64,000 nucleotides of DNA from the human T2T-CHM13v2.0 reference genome, Homo sapiens (GCF_009914755.1 NC_060934.1); one strand, 5' to 3'. Shown: positions 1 through 12,316, numbered from the stretch's first letter. Notes: generated from the sequence alone by a model not told the origin. Numbers and translations: made by a program.

Positions 1-22
1 CCTGCATGATGGGATCACTCAC

Positions 23-88
23 ACGGAAACTTCTCACAAGACTCTCATTTGCCTTGGATAAACGTATAAGAAACCAAGCTATCCTATT
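23..88 (-). CDS. Candidate internal coding exon, 66 nt, phase 0-0 (NRIAWFLIRLSKANESLVRSFR); gene not recognised
   Basis: Minus strand reads tacttttaacccctag|AATAGG...TTCCGT|gtgagt. Only one frame is stop-free, and the length is a multiple of 3. Confidence 0.45.
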
Positions 89-464
89 CTAGGGGTTAAA
101 AGTATTTTTTAAGAGGAGAAGGGGACAAAGTTTATTTCTGGGAGGATAGAGCTTTCTGTGAAAGTATATGCCAGTATAAATTTTCGTATCTCATAAAACA
201 TACTGCTGAAGAGGAAAAGTTCAACCTAGGACTATTTCGGTTATGGAAAATGTAATAAGTGGGAAAAATAATGCTCCCGGGAGGTCTGTAAAAGGCAATA
301 ATTCCACATGAAAATCAAAACATTTATTTTACTGTCTTTTACACTAAATATTAAGATTGGACAACCTTCCAAATTAAATAAGTAAAAGAGGAAAAGAATA
401 TAAAATGCATTGCTTGTGATGATAAAACAAAATCACCAATACGTAGGGTTTGTAGACTAATAAA

Positions 465-622
465 AATAGAATTTGGAGTGAGGACTCCCATTTTAATCCA
501 GCTCCATTACTTAGTTTTGGTGGTTTTAGACAAATTGCTTACTCTCTGAGCCTCAATTTCCTAATCTGTAATGATCATTAAAATGCTTGTTACAAAGGTT
601 GTTGGTAGAATTAAATTAGATT
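465..622 (+). mobile_element. MIR SINE
   Basis: MIR core ttactctctgagcctcaatttcctaatctgtaa...gttgttggtagaattaaattagat. Confidence 0.7.
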
Positions 623-626
623 ATGG

Positions 627-783
627 TTTGTTCGTTTGTTTGTTTGTTTTTGTGAGATGGAGGCTTGCTCTGTTGCCCAGACTAGAGAGCAGTGGTGCAG
701 CCCCAAAAATTCAAGCAATGCTCCTGGCTCAGCCTCCTGAGTAGCTTGGATGACAGGCACTTGCCACCATGCCCAACTAATTT
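627..783 (-). mobile_element. Old Alu right-arm fragment (AluJ/FRAM-like) with internal deletion
   Basis: (TTTG)n tail, then gagatgg...ttgctctgttgcccag...cagcctcctgagtagc...ccaccatgccc. Confidence 0.8.
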
Positions 784-1426
784 ACAAATGATTGCTTCTA
801 TAAAGATAATTTGAAAATAAAATACAAGAATGCTTTAGGGATTTAAAAGAATACTATACACAAATATATATACACACAGAATTTACAATTTTGTTGAACT
901 CAACAATCATTTTAATATTCCAATTTTTTTAAGTCTGAGTTAAATAAATATAAATAAGAAAAATTGAATCTACACACAATTTTTTAGGGTTTTCCTGTAA
1001 CATAAAACTAAAATAAGAGAAAAATTGCCTTAAAACTATCTGATACCAATAACACATATTACAGTTTAAAGTAATAAAAATACTTTAACTGGCAATGATG
1101 AAAAAATAAATATAGGCAACAGAGATTTTTTGATCCATTATAATTTGCTACTCAGAGATTTAATAAGTTTAGAATTTGGAGTGGAAAAAAATTGGTACTA
1201 TCTCCCAAATCATTTCAGTTCAAATGGAGAAATTTAAAATGAATTTAATATTTTTGCCAAATCTCCTTTTTTTAAAGGACTTTTATGTCAGAAACATCTA
1301 CAAAGTTTCTCTTTAATGTACCATCCAATTTCATATAGACATAAAGTCAAAATGTAAGCTATTCATTAATTGCCAAAGTGTGTTTCATATAATAAGAGGT
1401 TGGCAAAAGTTAAAAAGAAAAAACAA

Positions 1427-1850
<424 letters not shown>

Positions 1851-2199
1851 TCAAATGATTTTTGCTCTGTGTCTACCATTTATCTAAGTTAGAGAGCATA
1901 AGACAGGAGAAACTCAGAAAATATTTCACTTTAAGTGTTCTAAGGGAGAAAAGTCACGCATAAATATTCAATAAAGGACAACACGTATATGAAATCTATG
2001 TAAGCAATGTTTTCCCTGAGTTGCAAGGGCATGTTAAGAAAATATGAGTACAAGGTACAAATAGGGTCGAAATAGTTAGGGTTGACTTCTTTTTCTCATT
2101 CCTCTCTCATTGTTCATGCTCTTGCATGGTCTCCTTCTCTCTCCTTCTGATGGGTTCCTAGAAATTTTATTAATATCCTTGACCTAGTATTTTGACCTC

Positions 2200-2880
2200 C
2201 AAGATACTATGTCCACTGCCACAACCCCACTCTACACGATCATTATCTCTCAGTGACAACTGAGGTAGCTTTAGTTCTGTTCCTAGCCACTCTCTACAAA
2301 GTGATATTTCCAAATTACTAATTTCACAAAATTCCTGCCTCCTCTTTTATCATAGGATCAAAGTCAAAGTACTTAATTTAGCCTAAGGCCCTGAAATATT
2401 TGGCCCCTGTTTATTTCTCTAGCATTATTTCCTATCAGCACCCCTCGATTTCCACTCTTCTTTGTCTAGGGGCATTTGTCTATGCTTTTCTTTCTGTAGG
2501 GATTTACCTCTTGTTAGGTAACTCCAATTTATCCAGCAGGGCTCACCTAAAGCATTATTTTCTCACGAAAACTTTATTAAATCTAGGTCAGTTTCCTAGA
2601 TTGTCACGGTTGAGCATTTATCACACTACCTCAAATATATCAAATCTAGGTCAGGTTCCTGGATTGTCGTGGGTATTTATCTCAATATCTCAAACTTTAT
2701 CAAATCCAGGTCAGGTTCCATCTAGGGTGAGTATTGATCTCACTATCTCTTCTCATTAACGAGATGTTCATTAGAGTGATCATCTGATGAATGACTAATC
2801 TCTACTTTCCATTGTTATAAAAAAGCAGTGATCTTAATGTCTTTATGTTATTTTCCCAGGGTACGTGGAAAGTGCCAAAT
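2200..2880 (+). mobile_element. L2 LINE 3' region containing a tandem triplication
   Basis: L2-like ataggatcaaagtcaaagtac...ctaaggccctg...ttggcccctg; degenerate. Confidence 0.6.
2568..2750. repeat. Degenerate ~60-bp tandem repeat, 3 copies
   Basis: Core aaatcYaggtcagKttcc recurs at ~2579, ~2642 and ~2702, with similar flanks. Confidence 0.8.
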
Positions 2881-3034
2881 AGAATCCCTCTTCCCATGTA
2901 ACCAGGGCTCCAGTCTAAGGCTCCTTCTACTTTGCAAGCCTACAAATTTATTAAAGGCTTTTCCCAAGTGATCAAGTCTATCCCTACAGCGAACTCTTAT
3001 ACCAGTAGCTATGGTGATGAAAATATGTCTATAT

Positions 3035-3160
3035 GGTCAGGTATGGAGGTTCACGCCTATAATCCTAGTGCTTTGGGAGGTCCAGGTGGAAAAATGGCTT
3101 GAGGACAGGAGTTCAAGACCAGCCTGGGCAACATAGCAAGACCCCATCCTTACAAAAGAG
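3035..3160 (+). mobile_element. FLAM (Alu monomer)
   Basis: ggtcaggtatgg...ggagttcaagaccagcctgggcaacatagcaagacccc; single arm. Confidence 0.85.
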
Positions 3161-3444
3161 TTAAAAAATTTTTTAATGTACGTATCATTTTATTTTATTT
3201 ATAACTCTGCAGTCACAAAAAATAGGGCCACTACTAAAGTGCATATTCAACAGCAAAGTGTTCATCAAATATCCATATTAAGCTATTCTAAAGATTATTC
3301 CAAGTGAATCACCAGGCTTTCCTTGTTGATCCATCCTGTGCTCAACTCTAGTGAGTCTCGAGTTAGCAAAAGGTAAACATTAAAGTGTGATTTCCCCCAT
3401 GGAACTGTTATGCTCAAAAACTGACCATTTTGCTATTTCTTCAG

Positions 3445-3554
3445 ATTTTAATTATATTACTTGGTTAGCTAGAGGTCAGAACAGGAAAATAAGAATGAAT
3501 TCAAGCTGGAAAGGCCATTTAGAAATACTGTAGCAATTTTACCACACATTTAAG
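3445..3554 (+). ncRNA. Candidate non-coding exon (antisense to the minus-strand candidates)
   Basis: ctgaccattttgctatttcttcag| acceptor with branch-like ctgac; AAG|gtaaga donor; stops in all frames. Confidence 0.25.
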
Positions 3555-3706
3555 GTAAGAAAAGCTCTATAATCTATTTAAATTGACCTGAAACAAAGTT
3601 CTTTATTACCAGTATAGGTGGTAGATTAAAAATAGAGTATAATAAAAATAGTCAGATGCTACTATTAAAAGAGAATATTGGATTTTCCCAACTAGGATAG
3701 GATTTT

Positions 3707-3754
3707 ATAAAAATCATATATATACATATATATATGTATATATATGATTTTTAT
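3707..3754. repeat. Perfect 48-bp AT-rich palindrome
   Basis: ataaaaatcatatatatacatata followed immediately by its exact reverse complement. Confidence 0.95.
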
Positions 3755-4247
3755 CATATGTATCTATAAATCATACATTTATGTTTATATATATAAAAGA
3801 GAAATAAAATTCCCTGAGAATAGAATAATGTCTTTCTTAAATTAGAAGCTTTGTCTATAGTTTGGGCAACCCAATCTTTGTATCTTTTTATTTTAATCAG
3901 TCAAATTGGTAATATATAAAATTATTCAGTAAATTATATCATTTATAATAATTTAATAAATTATAGTATTTACTGAATAGCAAAGATCATTGGGAGTGAT
4001 TAGAAAACATAAATTAACTATACGAACTTCATGAATTACTATATTAAAATTAAATTATTTATTTTCTAAAGTTATGAAGTATTAAAGTTTGGAAAGAACA
4101 TATTTTCCATTCTGGAAATGGAAAAAAAAGCATGTTTTCTCATTAAATAATTACAAACATTTCCATTTAAAATTTACTACTCTATTGGAGAATTCTTCTT
4201 GGCCTCAACAGATTGCAAAAATTGCTAATGTTTATTTCATTCTCCAG

Positions 4248-4372
4248 GACCTGGAGTCCTTAATTGCTGATGCATATTCACTGGCGCATGCAAAGTACTG
4301 CAGTGATGCACTACTTATTGTAATAATTACATATTAAAGAACCTATGGCCTACATTCAGTCAGACTCACTTT
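4248..4372 (+). ncRNA. Candidate non-coding exon
   Basis: gctaat branch, tttatttcattctccag|G acceptor, TTT|gtgagt donor; all three frames have stops. Confidence 0.3.
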
Positions 4373-4384
4373 GTGAGTTTACTT
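4370..4384 (-). CDS. Candidate 15-nt microexon (AAGTAAACTCACAAA)
   Basis: ttttttttttcccccttaag| acceptor and |gtgagt donor; a competing AG lies ~22 nt upstream. Confidence 0.2.
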
Positions 4385-5370
4385 CTTAAGGGGGAAAAAA
4401 AAAACCCTGAATTACCAGTTACAAAATGAGTTAGTTGATAGACAAAAATTACCCAAGGAAAACATAATCAATAATATACACTGGAAAAGAGCTCCTCTTT
4501 GTTGAGCACAGATCTGCAATTTGTAATTTAAAGTGTTATTTATTTTGTTCAGGGCAGGTTGAGCTGTAACATGCCGTGTAAGAGATAAATACGGCTATGG
4601 TTCTTAATTACAGACTTTAATTCAATGGGCTATGTATAGAACCAGGAATAAGGTACTACTGTTTCCTGGGAGTTGGACTATGTAAATTAGATTGAGTAGT
4701 AGGACACAAAGCTATGAATAAGAAGGAATTATCTCCGGGGAAATATAGGTGACAAACCTACAATGGCTTTTAGCATCTGGCAGGTTCTATTTGAAGAGCT
4801 AATGTCATTCTATGTAATGGATTAGGAAGAACTGGATGCACTCCATAATGCAGGCCAAGCATAATTTCCATGATGACTGAGTCTTCTAACATATCAGACA
4901 CTATAGCTGCCTTCAATTTTCTAGTCTCATTTTCAACCCTGCGGTGAGGGATGGGGAGGGAGAAGTCTGTATTTCTCCATAGTCAGCTGAGGCTACAGCA
5001 GCTGTGAAAGCAGGATTTGAGGGATAATTAACATGTAGAATTCATAGAATCATGACCAGTTGAATGTGAGAGATAAGAATTATGAAGGAATCAAGGACAG
5101 TCTCAAATTTATGGCTTGATGATTTAATTAATGATTATTTCAGTGATGAAAATAAAGAACACAAAATATATGGTTTGGGTGAGCAAAATTATTAGTTGAG
5201 TTATAGACATGATGAAATTAAAATATTGCAGCAAATCTATGTTGAGATACACAGATATCAGAAACAAAATCTGGGGAAGAAAAATAGATTTTTAGAGTCA
5301 TTGACATAGAGAGCTATAGATTGTTGTTGAAACAGGGTGATGGATTCAGTACCAGGAGGTGAAACGACAT

Positions 5371-5420
5371 GAGAGAGAGAGAGAGAGAGAGACAGAGACA
5401 GAGAGAGACAGAGAGAGAGA
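5371..5420. repeat. (GA)n / (GAGACA)n microsatellite
   Basis: gagagagagagagagagagagacagagacagagagagacagagagagaga. Confidence 0.9.
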
Positions 5421-5440
5421 AATTAAAAAAGGTAATCCTT

Positions 5441-5785
<345 letters not shown>

Positions 5786-6907
5786 TCAGAGTAGTAATAA
5801 TCTCAACAAGAAGATCATGGTCAATAGGATCAAATACTGAAGACTAGTCAAATAAGACAAAGAAATAGGGGTTCCTAAATTTTGGTACTTATGCAGATAC
5901 TAATGCCTTTAACAGAGAAGTTAAAGGTAGAAAACCTACAACAGTAGCCTGAAAGTAACATGATGAGAAAAAAATGGATGATAGAGTAGATTATTTGTAA
6001 TTGAACCTAAGTTTATTTCATAGGTACTTATTCTTCATTGAGCGTTGCACTAAATTATACACTGTAGTTCTTTGTACCTCTCTCTTTCTCTCTGTCAAAC
6101 TCTCTCTCTTCTATTATACAACTGGGTATATAGGAAGGAATTTTATGTATCCTAAAATGTTTAAAGTGACATTTATGCGGTGAAAATAAGCTTCACTCTT
6201 CTGGGTCAACTGTGAAATAGCATAAAAAGTCCGAGGTTAAATTAGAAGCAAAGCATTTTCTGTCAAACACAGTTTTTACTGAAAAAAAAAAAGACTTACA
6301 TAAAATATATAACTATGGGTGGCTCATTTAGTTGTATATGGAAGAATTTTTTCTGTCCTCTTTCCAAATAACTCGAGTGGTTTCTTCAGTTTGACAAATA
6401 GTTATAAAAACAAGTTTGCAGCATAAAAGAAAAGGTGGCAATCAGCTCCTGCACAAAAACTGATTATTAACTTAAACAAGTCATAGAAACTAATGGTCAG
6501 GATTGCAATTACAGTCACAAAGACCAGACCACATCTTTATGTCAGAGGGCATAGAGTTCACTCACATTCAAGGTTCAATATGTTTGAATACAAACACAAG
6601 ATGGGTGATTACACAGAACCCAGTCCATGAGGTGACTTCATTCATTAACCTTGGAAAATCCTCCATTGAAATTAGACTTTTCTTAGTTTATCGATGTTTA
6701 TGTGAGATAAACTCAAGGCAAACTTGTATGACCTCAACCATTTCCCTTGTCACTCAAGGAAAGGGAATTATTTATTTATTAAATTATAAATTTATTTATA
6801 ATAATTATAAATAAATTGTTATAATTTTATTTTTAATTTATATTTTATATTGTTATAAATAAATTATAACAATGAAAACATTCACAATGCTTTAAGAATG
6901 GAGTCTT

Positions 6908-7040
6908 AGCCAGGTGCAGTGCTCACCCCTACAGCCTTAATACTTTGGGAAGCCAAGGCTGGAGGATCACTTGAGACCAGGATTTGAGACCAGCCTGGGC
7001 AATATAGTGAGACCCCCATCCATATGAATTTTTTTAAAAA
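6908..7040 (+). mobile_element. FLAM (Alu monomer)
   Basis: ggaggatcacttgag...gagaccagcctgggcaatatagtgagaccccc. Confidence 0.8.
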
Positions 7041-7536
7041 ACTTCTCTGTGAAGTTACTAAAATCAGCAAAAATGGGTTAATATTCTCCTCAAAGCAGAA
7101 AAAAAAAGATCTCCATAGTTCCCAGGTTTTTCTTTAAGAACTTTTACTATATTGAAAGGATAAAAGATCTGTCATTCCTCAGAGCATATCACAAAGTTAT
7201 CTTCCAAAAACACCCTCCACACCATCACTACATGGCATAACTTCCCTATCATGAAGTAGTAAAGAATCAATCATAGATATTTTCTTAACATTGGATAACA
7301 CACTGTTTCTCAGGGACTGTCTGCTTAAGGGTTTTCTAAGACACTATGGCCTCATTGCCTGAAAACAACCAGTTCCTCACTGGCTACTCTTTAATAACAC
7401 AATTTTTTATTTTCCTTTTTCCCTCCCTCTTCATTTAATTGATGTGCACAGGAGAGCAGATAAGGGTGATGTTCGGCTAGTGATCAAAAAAATATTTTTG
7501 TCATAAAAATCAACAGAAGCCTCTATTCTAGCATTT

Positions 7537-7711
7537 TCAGGTGGTGGTTTCAGAGTCTTTCGGGTAATTGGTTTTCTTGGACTCAGCAAAGGCAGACTTG
7601 CTTTTTCTGGGGAAGATATATTTCCAGAGGTTAGTGCTTGTAAATCTGCTGTTAGGTGCTGGTATATTTAGTGACTTTGGATCTATGGAATTTGAACTTG
7701 AGAAGTCCTTC
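7537..7711 (-). CDS. Candidate terminal coding exon, phase 2 (KDFSSSNSIDPKSLNIPAPNSRFTSTNLWKYIFPRKSKSAFAESKKTNYPKDSETTT*)
   Basis: ctctatttttaaatttgccacag|G acceptor; 57 open codons then TGA; minus-strand AATAAA at 7406-7411 followed by GU-rich sequence. Confidence 0.35.
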
Positions 7712-8306
7712 CTGTGGCAAATTTAAAAATAGAGCAGCGTTGCAACAAACATAACCAAAAAGAAAGTGCTTGCCTTTCTGACAGTTCAGCTTGAGTGCTT
7801 CCAGAGCAGATAGATACGTGACTCTCCTGAATCAGGCATTTGAGACTTTACTGACGAACCTTTTAAATAATTATCAAAAGGTCACTTACATATGCTGTTA
7901 GATAGACTAACCATTGAAAGCATGAGAAAAACTGCTGATTTTAAGTAGTCTGTTGATAGGAACTGCTGTGGATTTAAAGAAAAGATAAATGTCTTCTGTC
8001 ACAATACTGTCTTATTGTAAACAAATTCTATCCTAGCTAGAGATTCACTGAACAGAAAAGGAGCATTTTTAGAGACAGTTAATGTATCAGGTTTAACTGA
8101 TTTTCATAATGGTGTTTTTAAAAAATTTTCCCTAGCTTTATTATTTTATGATTTTCTAACTTATCAGTATCATTTGTTCACACATTACCATCTATCTTAC
8201 CTAACCTGTAGAACTTCCGTTCAAGTAATATGGTGTATGTTAAATGACTATTGTTGTCATCATTGCTGTTATTGTCATAATTATATTACTCATAGAGTTG
8301 TTTAAA

Positions 8307-9135
8307 ACCTTGTTGTTCAAAGTGTCATCTGCTGACTAATACGACATTGGAAATGAGTCTCAATCATCAAGGTTTATTAGCCAGCTATAGTGTACATCCG
8401 GAAAAATAGGAGCCACAGACACTTTTGTTTTTCCAAAGAGGCTTTATGTGGGTATTTATAAATTTCCTTGAAGTGGGAGAGGGCAGGTAGAAAGAGGGGC
8501 AGGTGAGCAGGAAGGCAAATGGCTACATTCCCATGAGACTTGGGTTAGTGCCCAGTAAATCTACATTTACATAAGATAAATGAATGTTTGAAGAGAAAAA
8601 GAGAGTAAAGGAAGAAGAAATTATGCAGATGTCTCTGGGTAGATGGAGGAATGAGTCTTGACATTGTTCTGCACCTGGGAAGATAAGCTCATACTGGTCT
8701 TTATCAGTGTGAAATCCAACAGACTTTAGTTTTAAGAGCTAGACTTACATTGTAGCCCTGAAGTTACAATTGGCATTCCCTTGTTTATATGAGAGGCCAG
8801 CAAAAATTTTACTTTTGAATGATCTATAGGGACAGTCCTTTTAGATGCTTGAGGCCTTTTACCTTCCCATGGGGATCTGGCTAAAGAATAATGTTAGTGA
8901 CAGCTATTCATTTGGAAGAGGGTGTGGCAGGACAGGCTTCATTCTCCTTTTTGCATAAGAAGTTTAGGGTTCCTGAGATTTTAAATTTTTTCCTTTACAA
9001 AAAACATCAGCATCACCTGGGAGCTTGTTAGACATGCAGAATCTCAGGTTCTACCCCAGACCTACTGAATCAGAGCCTGCATTATAGAAGAACCCCAGGT
9101 TATTCATAGGCACATTAAATATTTAAAAGTACTAC
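8307..9135 (+). mobile_element. MER5A DNA transposon interrupted by an LTR (pieces ~8307-8337 and ~9004-9135)
   Basis: ttcaaagtgt... and catcagcatcacctgggagcttgttagacatgcagaatctcagg...gacctactgaatcag. Confidence 0.8.
8338..8999 (-). mobile_element. ERV1 MER4-group solo LTR (MER39/LTR48-like)
   Basis: Minus strand begins TGTAAAGGAAAAAATTTAAAATCTCAGGAACCCTAAACTTCTTATGC, a MER4-group start; ~660 bp. Confidence 0.7.
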
Positions 9136-9842
9136 CTTAAAGGGATAAAATTACTTAGGTAAAATACCTATAATAGTCCTGGTCAATGTTTATTAAATGT
9201 TGTCTTCCCTCCCTAACTCAGAAAATGGATTAACTCATTTTCTGTCTATCTTAGAAAGCTGACCTTCTTTTGTTTGTTATCACCAAACATTATCATCATA
9301 AATAACAATAATAAGAAGAGGTATTACATCCTTACTGTTATAAACATTGGGAATATAAGTACAAGCCATGATCCCTGAAATAGAATATATAATCTATTTA
9401 GGATGGCAGGACATTTTATAGAAAGTACTTAAATATGAGGTATCTATGTAGAAAAACTAATTCTCTGTCTATGAAAAATAGCATCCCAACAAAATGACTA
9501 GATAGCTGGAACAGTCTCACTTGAAATACAGGCAATTTGTTGTACATGAAATTCACTTTGGAAGTTTCTAGTTTAGACGAGTTAACTTCTCAGAAAGTTA
9601 GATGGTTATCTGTGAGATGAGCAGAAACTGAGGGACAGTACAGGAGGACCACTTGGCCACTTATTGAGAGAGACTTGCCACATGTATCTGCTATCTTGGA
9701 CAGAAAAGAAACAAAACAGTTTCTGTAATGAGTCAAAAACTGAAAGCTCTTAGCCTGGATGTCCTGAAGTGCAGAAATAAAGTTGAGCCGTTTTTTCATG
9801 TAAACTGCCATAAACGTGAGCATAAAAAGCAGTATCTTTAGG

Positions 9843-9916
9843 TCCCCTCCCCTCCCCTCCCTTCCCTTCCCTTCCTCTTTCTCTTCCTTTCTCCCTTTCT
9901 TCCTTTCTTCCTTTCT
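9843..9916. repeat. Polypyrimidine (CCCTT/CT)-rich tract
   Basis: tcccctcccctcccctcccttcccttcccttcctctttctc... Confidence 0.85.
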
Positions 9917-10089
9917 AGTACAGAGCCAGGCACCTAGTTTAAGGTTATCAGAAATTTGGGAGAGCCAGGGTTGGGTCTAGGTGAGGGCTGACAAAAGAAC
10001 CGCTGCATTCCAAGTTCTAGTCCATGAATTGATAAGCCTGTATCTACCTTTTACAGAGCTTTCAAGACTGTATGAAATTAGATGTTATT

Positions 10090-10620
10090 CCCTCTCAGGC
10101 TTTATCTTTTAAAAGGGATGGTCTTCATGTGTGAATTCTTCCAACTCATTATATTCCTTAACTTTACGTAAGTCTTTTCCATATCCACTTTAAAAAAAGT
10201 CAAAGTATAGCAATCAGATCTACATGGAATATTTGTGGAATCTGATAACCTGCTTTGAGTTTTTTTCTCTCAAAAAGAAAAAAACCTGTTAATAATAATC
10301 AACTATTTTAGCCCATTTGTCTGCATCAATTTGGTGATTTCAATGGAGAATCTACAGGGATGCTCAGGTGCCTCCCTATTGTTATCCCCTGTTCAAATCT
10401 CATCATTGTATAGGTGTGGCTTCAATTATTTTCTCTTAAGCCAACATTGTATTTATACCAAAGGAATCTGACTTGTTTCATTTCTGCTCAGTCTTCCAGA
10501 GCTCTAAATACTTCCTCAAATTTAATTACATCAATTTGGCATCTCCCTGGTGTTTTCATTCTGCACTTTCTCTTCTGGATCATTTGCAAGAATATTCGTG
10601 TATTAGAAACTCAACAATTT
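10090..10620 (-). mobile_element. Ancient CR1/L3-type LINE, RT and C-terminal relic
   Basis: Broken minus-strand translation NILANDPEEKVQ..AKL..LED*AE..YTMMRFE..RHLSIPVDSPLKS parallels CR1 ORF2 (NIFINDLEEG..DDTKL..LEDWAE..YTMMG..RDLGVIVDSSLK). Confidence 0.65.
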
Positions 10621-11119
10621 TTTTTCTGTCAAGTAAAGTCCTGATTAGCCTTCCATTTCTTCCCTTCATCTGAGCTACTTCCATATATGATTAAAATCTT
10701 TCTCAGTATAAGAAGTAAAGTTCCTATATTGAATGCATTTCTCACCAATTCCTTTACTAATCTATTAAAGGATTTTAATGTATTGTTAGGTAAAATGTTC
10801 TACAGAAATCATCCAAGCTTTTCTCTATAATGCATGTTTCTTTAGCTATTGTATGATACTAAAACTTGAAAGTGGTCTGGTCTTGACATTCTACAAAGTC
10901 AAAATTTATTTTTTCTAATAGATAAACTCTTAGATTGTGAAACATGCACTTACCCCAAGAGAGAAGTCTCCTCATTCTTCCCCTTACTACTCAGTGGATT
11001 CTAACTTTACAACACGTAAGAGATTTATACTATTAAATAGCTGTTAAAGACTAATTTAAGAAACTTCCATATGTCTGTAAAGTGTTTTTGCAATGCGTAT
11101 TTAAAACTTGAAATTTGCA

Positions 11120-12137
11120 TAAACTAAAGAGCTTTTGCACAGCAAAAGAAACTACCATCAGAGTGAACAGGCACCCTACAAAATGGGAGAAAATTTTTGC
11201 AATCTGCTTATCTGACAAAGAGCTAATATCCAGAATCCACAAAGAGCTCAAACAAATTTACAAGAAAAAAACAAACAACCCCATCAAAAAATGGGCAAAG
11301 GACATGAACAGACACTTCTCAAAAGAAGACATTTATGCAGCCAAAAGACACATGAAAAAATGCTCATCATCACTGGCCATGAGAGAAATGCAAATCAAAA
11401 CCACAATGAGATACCATCTCACACCAGTTAGAATGGCAATCATTAAAAAATCAGGAAACAACAGGTGCTGGAGAGGATGTGGAGAAATAGGAACACTTTT
11501 ACACTGTTGGTGGGACTGTAAACTAGTTCAACCATTGTGGAAGACAGTGTGGCGATTCCTCAGGGGTCTAGAACTAGAAATACCATTTGACCCAGCCATC
11601 CCATTACTGGGTATATACCCAAAGGAATATAAATCATGCTGCTGTAAAGACGCATCCACACATATGTTTATTGTGGCACTACTCACAATAGCAAAGACTT
11701 GGAACCAACCCAAATGTCCAACAATGATAGACTGGATTAAGAAAATGTGGCACATATACACCATGGAATACAATGCAGCCATAAAAATGATGAGTTCATG
11801 TCCTTTGTATGGACATGGATGAAGCTGGAAACCATCATTCTCAGCAAACTATCACAAGGACAAAAAACCAAATACCGCATGTTCTCACTCATAGGTGGGA
11901 ATTGAACAATGAGAACACTTGGACACAGGAAGGGGAACATCACACATCAGGGCCTGTTGTGGGGTTGGGGGAGGGGGGAGGGATAGCATTAGGAGATATA
12001 CCTAATGTAAATGATGAGTTAATGGGTGCAGCACACCAACATGGCACATGTATACATATGTAACAAGCCTGCACGTTGTGCACATGTACCCTAGAACTTA
12101 AAGTATAATAAAAATATATACATTAAAAAAATAAAAT
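11120..12137 (+). mobile_element. 5'-truncated L1PA4/L1PA5 (ORF2 C-terminus and 3'UTR), 17-bp TSD
   Basis: ORF 11115-11822 is the ORF2p C-terminus with [18 protein letters not shown]; G-rich 3'UTR; TSD aaaacttgaaatttgca at 11103-11119 and 12138-12154, at a tt|aaaa site. Confidence 0.95.
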
Positions 12138-12316
12138 AAAACTTGAAATTTGCAGACTTTAAAATAGAAATTCTACTTTTAGAAATGTATTCTAATGAAA
12201 TAACTAAGGTAAACATTGAAATTTAGCTTAAAAAGGCTACAGTATTTTTTAATAAATAAACACCATATAGTAAATTACCAAAATGTATATCCACTAAGTA
12301 AATTAGAGTGCAGAAT

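Noticed and set aside
11115-11822. Longest ORF (235 aa) as a host gene
   Set aside because: It is the C-terminus of L1 ORF2p in a 5'-truncated insertion, with a non-ATG start lying in the TSD.
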